In this document: in pieces, positions 40,739 to 50,510 of the stretch | Layout: the number at the start of each line of letters is the position of its first letter | Numbering within the stretch: the stretch's first letter is position 1 | The notes under the pieces: generated by a model | What the model was told of the DNA's origin: nothing | Seen by the model: the letters and a program-made list of their open reading frames with translations, nothing else | Database searches by the model: none | Program-made: the position numbers and the translations under genes | IMG/VR virus record: IMGVR_UViG_3300027608_000016 | Coordinates: 32,001 to 96,000 of that record | DNA: 64,000 nucleotides | From: a virus | Reading direction: 5' to 3' (one strand)

Positions 40739-40972
40739 TTACGCCCAACGGACAGAAGACAGACTTAGTATTTCTGTGGCTCTGGCAATAACACTTTCAT
40801 TAGTCCAAACGCCAGCTTCTTCATATTCCTCTGCACCTCTCCATAACAATATTGGCCTTGGCAATCCATTTATACGTGCAGTGATAGATTTACTCAAGAA
40901 TTCATCCCTTACGGTATTGATTACGATTTCATCTAAAGTTATTATTTCCTGTTCTCTTATTGTTATGTTCAT
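40739..40972 (-). CDS. Hypothetical protein, tandem paralog A
   Basis: Same motif as 40498-40734. Confidence 0.65.
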   Translation of the reverse strand: MNITIREQEIITLDEIVINTVRDEFLSKSITARINGLPRPILLWRGAEEYEEAGVWTNESVIARATEILSLSSVRWA

Positions 40973-40974
40973 AT

Positions 40975-41331
40975 TTATTCTTTATATGCTATTATTGCAC
41001 CATATCTCAGTGAAAATTGTGTAAACTGTCCCTTAAACTCAAACTGTTGAGGTAATTCATATGCCGACAAATTTCCAACTGTCACGTTCGTCCCTGTTAA
41101 ACCAGTAAATTTACATGCTGATACAACCTTGAACATGGTGAAATTGCCTGTTTGCGTTGCACTTGTATCAACAAAAACACTACCACTTGAAGGATTTATA
41201 CCATCAGAATTTACTGAATATACTGCTTGGGCATAAAGAGTTCTAGATGGATTATCAACAGAAACCCAAGAATAGTTGAATCCTACATTAGGATTTGGTG
41301 GTTGAACAGATAAATTAGGCGTTAAAGTCAT
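40975..41331 (-). CDS. Late beta-rich protein, possibly structural
   Basis: Perfect T4 late box TATAAATA upstream; S/T/N/G-rich. Confidence 0.55.
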   Translation of the reverse strand: MTLTPNLSVQPPNPNVGFNYSWVSVDNPSRTLYAQAVYSVNSDGINPSSGSVFVDTSATQTGNFTMFKVVSACKFTGLTGTNVTVGNLSAYELPQQFEFKGQFTQFSLRYGAIIAYKE

Positions 41332-41348
41332 ATATATTATTTATAAGA

Positions 41349-42134
41349 TTATGCTATTTTTACGCCATTAGGATAAATTGGAAAGTTTTCTAGGTTCCAA
41401 TTATTTTTAGCGATTTCACCTTTTAAGAACTTTGTTCTATATATGGTGTTGTTCAGAATTTTGTTAGAATGATTTTGCAACCAGTTATGTCTAGCATTTA
41501 CATATGCTATAATCCAACTTTTTTCGTCGCCGCCTTTTACTGGTGGGACTTCAGGAAACTTATCCATTAAAAATTGTAACATACTACCACTATGAAGTAT
41601 AGAATCTTGTATAACTGCTAACGATAAAGGTAGTTTAAACCCCTTATCATTAAACCATTTAGCACCTCCAGCCCAATATACTTCGTCATATACTTCGTCT
41701 TGCGCTTTTTTGAACAGTTCGTCATCTTTAGAAGCTTTTATTAAGTTCAGAAAAGTGGTATTATATGGAAGATTTTCTTGGCACGAGTATTTTTTATATG
41801 ATAATAACTGAGAAGCATTTACACCTCCTAACTTTTGATACTGTTCGAACACTTTCCAAAGTGCTCCACCACATTCAGTAAATCCCCTTCCTAAAGTAAC
41901 TTGAACCTTTTTACCGTTGTCTCCATCTCTATATTTAAAAACAGAACTATAATCAGTATTTGCACTACCAGTTTCGAAACAGTTTAAAATTTTTATTATA
42001 GTGTCTTTAAAAGGTTTTTCGTCTTTTTTAATAGGTGATTCTGGCGAAGGAGATGCGGGTTTAACTGGCTCTGGAGTAGAGTTTTTATCGGATTTGCTAG
42101 AAAATAAAGATGCTATATTTTGAAATATGTTCAT
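41349..42134 (-). CDS. GH46 chitosanase-fold protein, putative endolysin
   Basis: I.N.FETGS..DY....DG....TLGRGFT..GG.L, F..AQD..YD..Y, DS.LHSG. Confidence 0.78.
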   Translation of the reverse strand: MNIFQNIASLFSSKSDKNSTPEPVKPASPSPESPIKKDEKPFKDTIIKILNCFETGSANTDYSSVFKYRDGDNGKKVQVTLGRGFTECGGALWKVFEQYQKLGGVNASQLLSYKKYSCQENLPYNTTFLNLIKASKDDELFKKAQDEVYDEVYWAGGAKWFNDKGFKLPLSLAVIQDSILHSGSMLQFLMDKFPEVPPVKGGDEKSWIIAYVNARHNWLQNHSNKILNNTIYRTKFLKGEIAKNNWNLENFPIYPNGVKIA

Positions 42135-42175
42135 AATATTGATAATTACTTAACATATAAGGCGTTAATATTTCA

Positions 42176-42442
42176 ATGAGTTTAGAACAAGCATACAATT
42201 CAGTTCCTAATACCCCTATCACTAACTTGTCTTGTGGTGGCAGAATTCCTATAATCCAAAGGGATGTTAATATAATGAGATTTGAAAATAATGTGTTTCA
42301 ACAGATTATCAATGCTTTACCTCCTCCCACCCCAACAGAACAGAACAACGATGTTAAAACTCCTATTGTTCATAATGTATCTGTAGAAGATGCTATAAGA
42401 GAACTAATAGAAATGGAAAAGGCTGGAAAACTTAACTGTTAA
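42176..42442 (+). CDS. Hypothetical protein
   Basis: ORF. Confidence 0.45.
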   Translation: MSLEQAYNSVPNTPITNLSCGGRIPIIQRDVNIMRFENNVFQQIINALPPPTPTEQNNDVKTPIVHNVSVEDAIRELIEMEKAGKLNC

Positions 42443-42813
42443 TACTCTTCTTCTACTTCAGGTGTTGTCAATTCATCCCAATCCAACCTTTCAGTGTTAA
42501 CGTTATTCCAAGACAACTCCACATGAACTGTAATATCTTCGTCTAATCCTATTCTTTTTTGCAATTTTTCATGTGCCACCTTGATTATGACAGCTTTTAA
42601 CATTTTAACCTTTTCTTCAGGCTGCAATTCCTTTGAGTTTCTAATCGTTGTTGCGTCTTCTCTATCTCTTAAATCCTCTGATAGAACCCAAATTTCTACA
42701 TGTGCAGAAGCCGAAAACCTAACATCATTGGGGGTTTGGAAATCCTCTCTTAAAATGTTTCCGCCAGTGGTCAATTTTACTATAGTATCGTTAAATAATT
42801 CTTGAAATCTCAT
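42439..42813 (-). CDS. Late protein with leader
   Basis: TAAATA upstream; MRFQELFND...ILRE. Confidence 0.6.
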   Translation of the reverse strand: MRFQELFNDTIVKLTTGGNILREDFQTPNDVRFSASAHVEIWVLSEDLRDREDATTIRNSKELQPEEKVKMLKAVIIKVAHEKLQKRIGLDEDITVHVELSWNNVNTERLDWDELTTPEVEEEY

Positions 42814-42857
42814 GAGATTATTTAACCGATTTCACATTTTTAATAAATATAAATGAT

Positions 42858-43583
42858 ATGCACGATAAAGAATCAGATAGAATTTGGAACAGTTATAAAC
42901 AATCTATGATAATTGAAAGTGTTTCCTTTTCTGTTGAAGATTCATCTGATAGAGAACCTAGAACCATATTAGACGTTTCCTTTGCAGTTTTAAACGATTT
43001 CCTGTATGATTTCTTAAAGGGTAACAATATATCACCTAAAAAAGTTTATGCTCACGATATGTTAACAAGTGATGGTGGGGATTTCGACAAGACAGATGGG
43101 GTTATTAATTTTTACGTTTCAGATATTCCACAAGAATTGAAACAGAAAGCAATATCTGGTGTGAAATACCATATAGGGAATTATGCAAAATTAATCGGGG
43201 AACCGATAGAAGAAAAATCTAAAATATATGATTCTTTAGTGATAAGATTTAAAATTTCAATAGAACATAAAAACGATGTGTCAGCACCAGAAATAAATTG
43301 GAGCAACATGAACACAAATTTAATATTGAAAGACGTTTTAAATTACTCTCAAGATACTATAAACGACTATGAATCTTTAGACGTTAGGGACTTGTTAATA
43401 AAAATAGAGTCTGTGGAAGACAACGATTACATATTACAAAAATCCGAGCGTCCATATTCTCAAGAAGGAAATCATCATATTACTGGTTTATCTAAAGAAG
43501 AAATACAGCATAGATTATCAGAACTTAAAAAGATGTGCGAGTGGGCTATCGAAAATGGTTATAGTAAAATAAACCTAAGTTGA
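42858..43583 (+). CDS. Late protein with leader
   Basis: TAAATA upstream; MHDKESDRIWNSYKQSMIIE. Confidence 0.6.
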   Translation: MHDKESDRIWNSYKQSMIIESVSFSVEDSSDREPRTILDVSFAVLNDFLYDFLKGNNISPKKVYAHDMLTSDGGDFDKTDGVINFYVSDIPQELKQKAISGVKYHIGNYAKLIGEPIEEKSKIYDSLVIRFKISIEHKNDVSAPEINWSNMNTNLILKDVLNYSQDTINDYESLDVRDLLIKIESVEDNDYILQKSERPYSQEGNHHITGLSKEEIQHRLSELKKMCEWAIENGYSKINLS

Positions 43584-43822
43584 TTTTATTGCTACACAAT
43601 CACTTAAAACGTTTTCGTTCACCTTTTTCCAGTTCCCCAAATGTCCTTTTTTTAAATGACATTCTTTACTTATCTCTTCGCATAGTGTAATTAAATTAGT
43701 TGGGTCTAATTCTAAAGTTGGGTCTATATGGAACGGTTTTACGTGATGAACCTCTAAATTTTTAGTTCCTCCACAGTTCCTCCACAGTTCCCACTCTTCC
43801 CTCTATAAAGGATGTCAAACAT
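43575..43822 (-). pseudogene. HNH endonuclease remnant
   Basis: CGGTKNLEVHHVKPFH..P.LELDP.NLITLCE...CHL..GH; frameshifted by an 11-bp tandem duplication (cctccacagtt x2). Confidence 0.75.
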
Positions 43823-43892
43823 ATATTTATTTTATTGTTATCTAGCCAGCACAACACTGGACTTCGTTTTATTTATCACAGTTTCTCGAAAA

Positions 43893-44552
43893 TCAACTCC
43901 AAAAAGCTTCACGATTGTTTATTATCCATGTCAAACATTCCGTGTCTTTGGTTTTCAACTCTTCTTCTAATCTGTTCAATTCACCATATAACTCTTCATA
44001 TGTCCCTTTCGCGTTTCTAGGCGGATAAGAATTTGAAATTTTAACATCCATTATATCTCGTTCTATGGTTATATAAGAATACCAAAATTGTAATTCATTG
44101 TAGAATTTTTTATGTGGTTCATCGCTTTCCCAATTAATATTATCACATTCTTCTTCTTTAAATTTTTTCAGACATTCAAATAGGAAATTCGGTATTAATT
44201 CTGTAATGTCAGACCAAGTTCTAGGTATGATTTTTCTTAGTCTAGTATTTTGTGGGGCGAATATTGGTCGTATATTATCGTAATATGTATTATTCCAATA
44301 AAATTTATACCAACTCAATTTTCTGTATAGATATTCTCTGAAAAAATATTGAACGGGGAACTCCTTTTTCAGGAAATTGTAATATTTGTCTGGTTCTGTT
44401 CTATCAAAAGCCGAATCCATAGTAAATGATGCAATGTTTCTATACCACCAGCCATTAACAGTCCTCTCGTTCTTAGGAAGTTTTATGTAATCATCTACTG
44501 TCTTTGTATGTATAGATTTTGTATATCTTTTAACCGATTTTTCTATGTTCAT
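43893..44552 (-). CDS. Hypothetical protein
   Basis: TTGACA-N16-TATAGT-N6-ATG. Confidence 0.65.
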   Translation of the reverse strand: MNIEKSVKRYTKSIHTKTVDDYIKLPKNERTVNGWWYRNIASFTMDSAFDRTEPDKYYNFLKKEFPVQYFFREYLYRKLSWYKFYWNNTYYDNIRPIFAPQNTRLRKIIPRTWSDITELIPNFLFECLKKFKEEECDNINWESDEPHKKFYNELQFWYSYITIERDIMDVKISNSYPPRNAKGTYEELYGELNRLEEELKTKDTECLTWIINNREAFWS

Positions 44553-44605
44553 GATTGCACTATACACTTTTAATGATAAATGTCAATAGTTTGATAAATA
44601 ATTAT
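44553..44605. promoter_or_regulatory. Back-to-back early (minus) and late (plus) promoters
   Basis: Minus: TTGACA-N16-TATAGT; plus: TAAATA at 44595-44600, ATG at 44606. Confidence 0.65.
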
Positions 44606-44848
44606 ATGAATTTTTTGGAACTGTGTGAGAATATTATAAAAGAGGTTAAACCTGATAGTATGGAAGATATTGCAACTAAGTTAGATATCAAATATAACGG
44701 CATACAAGAAGGTTATAAAAATATACCTCCTATGCACTTATTCACAGATTTAAAAACTGGAAGCACCTTTTCTGTAAACATAAAAGCAAAAGAAGAGGAT
44801 GTATTGAAAGCATTAAGTGAAACGAGGGAAAAATTTAAAGATATTTAA
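44606..44848 (+). CDS. Small late protein with leader
   Basis: MNFLELCENIIKE. Confidence 0.6.
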   Translation: MNFLELCENIIKEVKPDSMEDIATKLDIKYNGIQEGYKNIPPMHLFTDLKTGSTFSVNIKAKEEDVLKALSETREKFKDI

Positions 44849-44852
44849 AACA

Positions 44853-45284
44853 ATGAATATAGTATCAACAATACATAAAATATTAGAAGAATTAGAACAC
44901 GGAACAGATTATTTAGGTAACTGTGTAGATTTGTGTTCACAGTTTGGGGACGATGGAGATGCAGCAGAATGGATGCAAAATGTTTTAGGAGATGATGAAA
45001 ACGTATATAGATTATCGGAAAACGATTTTTACGTTTTTGTAAATTCTGATAGTGTTCCAATTAAAGCGAAAAACGGTTCTGATAAAGAGTTTTATTTTAT
45101 ATCCAACGGATCAGGACATCCAAACGGTTTCACTAATTTCATATTATACTCTACGAATAAAAGGGGTCATGATATTCATTATTTTTTCAATGTTTCTAGT
45201 AATATAGATATACAAGAACAAGTATATAAACTCCCTAAAATACAAAATGGGTTTGGGGCTGGAGAGAATATGAACGAATCATGA
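44853..45284 (+). CDS. Protein with leader-like N-terminus
   Basis: MNIVSTIHKILEE. Confidence 0.55.
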   Translation: MNIVSTIHKILEELEHGTDYLGNCVDLCSQFGDDGDAAEWMQNVLGDDENVYRLSENDFYVFVNSDSVPIKAKNGSDKEFYFISNGSGHPNGFTNFILYSTNKRGHDIHYFFNVSSNIDIQEQVYKLPKIQNGFGAGENMNES

Positions 45285-45491
45285 AAACTTTTTAGGCTCT
45301 GAACTGTTCATTTCCATCAACTTTCTCAGAAAATTTAAACAATTAGAGTCTAATTTGATTTGCAATTCTTTAAGTTTATAGTCAGACTTGTTCTTCTCTT
45401 CCATTATGTTTAATTCTCTTTGTTTCGCCAGATGTGTTGGAACGGAGTATGCAATAGCCCAAACCACAGAAATCAAACATAGGTATTTCAT
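45279..45491 (-). CDS. Small protein with N-terminal hydrophobic helix
   Basis: TAAATA upstream; divergent from lysozyme. Confidence 0.45.
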   Translation of the reverse strand: MKYLCLISVVWAIAYSVPTHLAKQRELNIMEEKNKSDYKLKELQIKLDSNCLNFLRKLMEMNSSEPKKFS

Positions 45492-45526
45492 ATTTATATT
45501 TAATCAATAACGTTAAATAATAACAT

Positions 45527-46339
45527 ATGAAATTTGACAGTAAATACCAAGAGATTCTTAAAAATCAAACATTATTCGTAAAAGAAATGTTGAAAAAATC
45601 TGGAAAAACTGACGAAGAGATAGAAATAATATTAGAAAAGGGTTGGGGAAAAGCTGCTTTGGCTGGATTAGTAGGAATGGGAGCACTTACAGGAGGATTC
45701 ATGAAAAGTAAAGATGAATATATGAGTAAACATCCTCAAATACAATCTCGAATAAAAGATGCCGATATTAAACCAGTAAATAAAGAAGACAAAAAAGAGG
45801 AAGTAAGTGTTCCAACAAAAAGAGAAAATCATGGATTCTCTCAAGATTTTCTAAACTTCGTTAAAAAATATGAAGCGGATAACGGATTTTTCAAGTTTGC
45901 TTATATGGACGGTAAGAAAGATGATGGTTCACAAAGATGGAGTATAGGATATGGAACTTTAGCTAGACCAGAAGAAGAAGGTGGCAAGGTGAAAATAACA
46001 GAACAAGAAGCTTTTAATAGGTTGATAGAGGAATTAAAAACCCATAGAAATAGAGTTTTGAGCGCAGCTAAAAAAACGAATGTCCATCTTAATAGCAATG
46101 AATTGGATGCATTAACTAGTTTCGACTACAATACAGGAGCAGGACGAAAGGCTATATTAAATTGTCGTGGTAAAAAGTCGAATATATCAAATTACATGAA
46201 ACTGTTTAAAAATTTCGAGGGAAAAGAAAACATAGGATTGATGAACAGAAGGGCAGATGAAGTGGGGATGTTCGCAAATAATGATTATAACGTTAATAAA
46301 AAGTTGACATCTAATAAAAAACATATTAATAATGGATAA
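45527..46339 (+). CDS. GH24 lysozyme with leader and hydrophobic segment
   Basis: KKYE..F..AY.D...WSIGYG, DAL.SF.YN.G, GL.NRR.DE. Confidence 0.85.
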   Translation: MKFDSKYQEILKNQTLFVKEMLKKSGKTDEEIEIILEKGWGKAALAGLVGMGALTGGFMKSKDEYMSKHPQIQSRIKDADIKPVNKEDKKEEVSVPTKRENHGFSQDFLNFVKKYEADNGFFKFAYMDGKKDDGSQRWSIGYGTLARPEEEGGKVKITEQEAFNRLIEELKTHRNRVLSAAKKTNVHLNSNELDALTSFDYNTGAGRKAILNCRGKKSNISNYMKLFKNFEGKENIGLMNRRADEVGMFANNDYNVNKKLTSNKKHINNG

Positions 46340-46354
46340 CACCTTTTTAAACAT

Positions 46355-46951
46355 ATGGGATTATTCGACAACGTAAATTGCAAATATAAACTACCTGATA
46401 TAGACCTTTCAGGAACTTCTCTCACTAAAGAAGAACTACAAGAAGAAAACTATCAAACTAAAGATTTTGATTCTTCTATGATTAGTTATACATTTAATGA
46501 AGACGGAACTGTTACATATGAAACTTACGAATCTTATGAATGGGTTGATGACGATACAGCTTTTTTAGGAGGGTATAGTAAAGGTGTAAATCTTCAACAT
46601 ATTACGGTTAAGGATGATCATGTAATACGTTTTTATTCTTCTATAAACAAAAATCAAGACGAAAACGATTATTGGATTGAATGGAAGGCTCTTATAATAA
46701 ACGGTGTAATATCTTCGATAACACTAGAAAAACTAGAAAAAGATTCGAATGCAACTCGTAAAGAAAATGAAAAGCTTTGGAAAGAAGAAGCATTAGAAAG
46801 AAATGTTTATATGAACAGTTTCAAATATAAATACTTGATGAAGTTTGTGGAAAAGGGTAGAAGAAGGATAGGAAGATTTTTAATATCTATAACATCTTTC
46901 TGTATAAAATCTTTACATGTAGTAAACAGTTTTATATATAAACTGCTTTAA
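46355..46951 (+). CDS. Hypothetical phage protein
   Basis: MGLFD.V.C.Y.LP...YQTKDFD...W.EW.A..I.G. Confidence 0.6.
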   Translation: MGLFDNVNCKYKLPDIDLSGTSLTKEELQEENYQTKDFDSSMISYTFNEDGTVTYETYESYEWVDDDTAFLGGYSKGVNLQHITVKDDHVIRFYSSINKNQDENDYWIEWKALIINGVISSITLEKLEKDSNATRKENEKLWKEEALERNVYMNSFKYKYLMKFVEKGRRRIGRFLISITSFCIKSLHVVNSFIYKLL

Positions 46952-47452
46952 TTATTCCATTCCTGCCCACTCTCTATATTCATCTCTGTCCATGTCCCCC
47001 CTAGGATTATCGTAATCTGGCTCGTCGCTTCCATCACCATCATAAGATTCTATTTGATCTCGTGTTCGTTCATTCATGGCTTTCAGAGCTATTTTTACCA
47101 GTTCCAAAAATTCTTTTACTCCACCTACAGTTGAAGGAGTGACTGTTGTATTGTTTCCTTGCTCATCAGTGGTATAAATTTCCATGTGAGTAACATTCTC
47201 TTCTTCTGCATCCCAAAAAGGATTGTCATATCTTCCATCTTGGCCGGGGTCATAATACATTCCATAGTCCACATCAGCAATTCCCGTAAAATCTTCTAAT
47301 TGTCCTCTTATTGGAGCCTGAAACTCGAATTCTATCTCAGACAATTCTAAAACATGATGGCTTCTTATAGAATTGTTATCACTATAAACACCATCAGCAT
47401 ATTGTTCCCCAAAATTTTCCATTAACGATTTTACTAGATTATTGAACTTCAT
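46952..47452 (-). CDS. Acidic late protein with leader
   Basis: TAAATA upstream; MKFNNLVKSLME. Confidence 0.65.
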   Translation of the reverse strand: MKFNNLVKSLMENFGEQYADGVYSDNNSIRSHHVLELSEIEFEFQAPIRGQLEDFTGIADVDYGMYYDPGQDGRYDNPFWDAEEENVTHMEIYTTDEQGNNTTVTPSTVGGVKEFLELVKIALKAMNERTRDQIESYDGDGSDEPDYDNPRGDMDRDEYREWAGME

Positions 47453-47488
47453 GTTTATATTTATCTTAAATCGATAAATAATACATAA

Positions 47489-49234
47489 ATGAGAAACAAA
47501 GACGTATTATTAATAGAAAATATTTACATGAATAATGTGTTTTTGAGGGAATATCAAGAAAACGCAACTTTAAAGATGATAATGCACTTTAAGAAAACGT
47601 CAGAGCAACCTGATGCTATTATAAGAGATTATATATCTAAATTTGAAAAAATAAAGGACAAACTGCCAAAAAAAGACCCCTTTCAATATAAAACATTTCA
47701 AGAGTTTGAAAACGTTATAGATTCAAATACGAAAAATACAGTATCAAAAGCAGATATAGAAAATGTAAACGTAGACAATTTAAAGGTTTATGAAGATAAA
47801 AATATTATAGTTTATAAAGCTAGAAATGCTACAGAATCTATAAAATTGGGAAATAATCAATATTACTCCTTTTGCATTTCAAGAAAAAGCGGAAATTTAT
47901 ATTCAGGATATCGTTTAAGAGCAGAATCAACATTTTATTTCGTGAGATTTAAAAATAAATCCGATGAAAAAAATGGGGACAATATGTTTGTTGATCCTAG
48001 TCATTATATAGTCATAGACGCACAATCTAGTGGAAGGTATCAATGGACTTGGGCTGATAATGGAAGTCAAGGACATCCAACTAAAGATGTAACCGTAAAC
48101 GAAATCGTAAAAGATTTTCCAGAATTAAAAACTCCTTTTAATAATGAAATATTCGAAAACGATCCTTCAACTAAAGAAGAAAAACAAAAATTGAAAAAAT
48201 TTCAAAACTTGAACAACGATTTTAATGTAGAAGTTTTTAAAAGTTTAAATCCTAACGAAAAAGAAGAGTATATTAAAAGCGGATTTAAGGTTTCTTCACT
48301 ATCAATTTTAGACAAGGTTTTAAGAAATGAATATCTTGGTATGGGGCATATGTTATCAAATGATGACTTCAAATCTTTAAATGCTAATGAAAAAAATAGA
48401 TGGTTGAAATTCAGCATTCAGGTTTGCTATATTTCAGATATTGCTGAATTATACGTTTTGTCCAATGAACCAGTTCCAGAAGTTGTTTTAGACGTTATCA
48501 TAAAAGATAGTTCCACTTCTCATTATTATGCAGTAATTTTATTACACAGCAATAAACCAGTTCCAGAAAATATCGTGAACAGGTTTGCAAGTAATGGGAA
48601 TTACTATTCCCATTATGCAAGACTTTTAGTCGAAAAAGGTAAACCAGTTCCAGAAGTTATATTGAACAGTATTGTAAATGATCTTGTTGCGTCTGTTAGT
48701 TACGCGACAATTCTAATCCGAAACGATATACCAGTTCCAAAAATTGTAGTAAACAGTATTGCGAAAGATAGTGAACACTCTTATGAATATGCAAAGTTTT
48801 TAATTAAAAACGATAAACCAGTTCCAGAAATTATCGTGAACCGTATTGTAAGTGATAATAATGGTGAATGTCAATACTCTAATTATGAATACTCTTATCA
48901 GTATGCATTACTTATAATCCAGAAGAATAAACCAGTTCCAGAAATTATCATGAACTGTATTGCAGAGGATGGTGAAAGCTCTTATGAATATGCAATATTT
49001 TTAATTCTAAAAGATAAACCAGTTCCAGAAATTATCTTGAACAGTATTTTAGAGGATAGTTATATTTCTTTAGAATATGCAAAGTTTTTAATTGAAAACG
49101 ATAAACCAGTTCCAGAAATTATCTTGAACAGTATTGCAAAGGATAGTATACGCTCTAGGAAATATGCAGAGTTTTTAATTCAAAACAAAAAACCAGTTCC
49201 AGAAATCATTAAAGCTGCATCCATTAAACCTTAG
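47489..49234 (+). CDS. Late protein with leader, conserved N-domain and C-terminal 29-aa helical repeats
   Basis: TAAATA upstream; MRNKDVLLIENIY...LRE; SIKLG..FCIS..Y..Y...TFYF; KPVPE repeats. Confidence 0.75.
   Translation: MRNKDVLLIENIYMNNVFLREYQENATLKMIMHFKKTSEQPDAIIRDYISKFEKIKDKLPKKDPFQYKTFQEFENVIDSNTKNTVSKADIENVNVDNLKVYEDKNIIVYKARNATESIKLGNNQYYSFCISRKSGNLYSGYRLRAESTFYFVRFKNKSDEKNGDNMFVDPSHYIVIDAQSSGRYQWTWADNGSQGHPTKDVTVNEIVKDFPELKTPFNNEIFENDPSTKEEKQKLKKFQNLNNDFNVEVFKSLNPNEKEEYIKSGFKVSSLSILDKVLRNEYLGMGHMLSNDDFKSLNANEKNRWLKFSIQVCYISDIAELYVLSNEPVPEVVLDVIIKDSSTSHYYAVILLHSNKPVPENIVNRFASNGNYYSHYARLLVEKGKPVPEVILNSIVNDLVASVSYATILIRNDIPVPKIVVNSIAKDSEHSYEYAKFLIKNDKPVPEIIVNRIVSDNNGECQYSNYEYSYQYALLIIQKNKPVPEIIMNCIAEDGESSYEYAIFLILKDKPVPEIILNSILEDSYISLEYAKFLIENDKPVPEIILNSIAKDSIRSRKYAEFLIQNKKPVPEIIKAASIKP
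48470..49210 (+). repeat. 87-bp coding tandem repeat (9 PVP motifs, one 114-bp unit)
   Basis: ccagttcca at 48470, 48557, 48644, 48731, 48818, 48932, 49019, 49106, 49193. Confidence 0.9.
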
Positions 49235-50300
49235 AATTGTTTATATATTCATGAGAATAGCTCAATGTGTTTATTCTCATTTTATCGTTCATCCCTTTAA
49301 TTCCTTTATTTGAGCTATACTTTTCTGGTCTTTTCCACCCATTCTTGCCTGTTGCTCTCCATATTTCAGGGTGTGAGTTTCTATATTCCCCCAAAATAGG
49401 ATGAGAAGTTTTAGAATAATACCTATAACCCTTCCCTAACATTATATCTCCAACAGCATTCGAAATTTTGACTCCTATCCCCAAACCCCTATAATCTGGG
49501 AGAACACACAAACGATGCTCTCTCCAAGCGTTTTTGAGCGTTCCAGAGGGCATTGGTAACACTGATACAAACCCAACTATTGCTCCATCCCATATTGCCA
49601 CCCAACTTCTACATGCTTTGTTTATATCACCACTTAAATAATGATGGTCACGGAAGATTCTCCAGCAATTAGTTTCACATCTGCTAATTTGTAATTCAAT
49701 TTGAGGTCGCTGAAGACACCCCCTCGGAAACGATAAATTCCCTGTCAAAGTGTCAAAAATCCAATCGGGTCTTAGATATTCTATTATATCATAGTGACAA
49801 GATGAAAAAACCACACCTTTCAATCCTTTGTTGTGTATATATCTGTTAATAGCATTAGAACAACTCTTAGCTACGTTTCTATCTACTACACTCGTAAATT
49901 CATCAAAGGATGTATTGTCTCCTATACTTTTTGCCATTCTAGCTCTGAATTGTTGACCGTTAGATAATACATGATAAGGTTTAACCCAAGAAGGGACATC
50001 TGACAATCCAACACCTGTCAGTTTTTCTATAGACTCCTTAGAATCTCCTAATTGACTGCATATTGCTTTATTATGTTCCCAAGTAGGTTCTTGTGTGATT
50101 CCGTAGTTTCTAGACAATAACTGAGTTTTACCTGAACCAGAACTTCCTACTATCAATCCTATACTCCAAGTTCCATCACGTAAAGGTGCTTTGAAATCTG
50201 GAAGGATATATTTAGAAGTTCCATCAAATGAATAATCAAATGGTAGTATAATTTCTTCTAATATAGAATCTTTATCTACTATTGTGCTTAGTTCTATCAT
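49224..50300 (-). CDS. ABC-type ATPase fused to GNAT acetyltransferase
   Basis: GSSGSGKT, LSNGQQFR, DEFTSVVDR, CH.D; HHYL, RLCVLPDYRGLGIG. Confidence 0.88.
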   Translation of the reverse strand: MIELSTIVDKDSILEEIILPFDYSFDGTSKYILPDFKAPLRDGTWSIGLIVGSSGSGKTQLLSRNYGITQEPTWEHNKAICSQLGDSKESIEKLTGVGLSDVPSWVKPYHVLSNGQQFRARMAKSIGDNTSFDEFTSVVDRNVAKSCSNAINRYIHNKGLKGVVFSSCHYDIIEYLRPDWIFDTLTGNLSFPRGCLQRPQIELQISRCETNCWRIFRDHHYLSGDINKACRSWVAIWDGAIVGFVSVLPMPSGTLKNAWREHRLCVLPDYRGLGIGVKISNAVGDIMLGKGYRYYSKTSHPILGEYRNSHPEIWRATGKNGWKRPEKYSSNKGIKGMNDKMRINTLSYSHEYINNSKV

Positions 50301-50510
50301 TACGTTTTTTATTTTTTCTGAATATACAGAAACCTAAAAGGACTGTCATAGAACACACTGTAATAAAATCAATTATTTTATTTTTCATAGTTTATGTGGG
50401 TTCGTTTTTGCATTTTGATAGACTCTTCAACTTTTGATACTATTACAACACCGAAAAACATGAACACTATGACGAGAAAAGCATAGAACATTTTATCCGT
50501 TAAATCGTTT

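Noticed and set aside
48470-49210. CRISPR array or DGR template/variable repeats
   Set aside because: Units are in-frame 87-bp coding repeats with homologous 'spacers'; no cas operon or reverse transcriptase is in the window.
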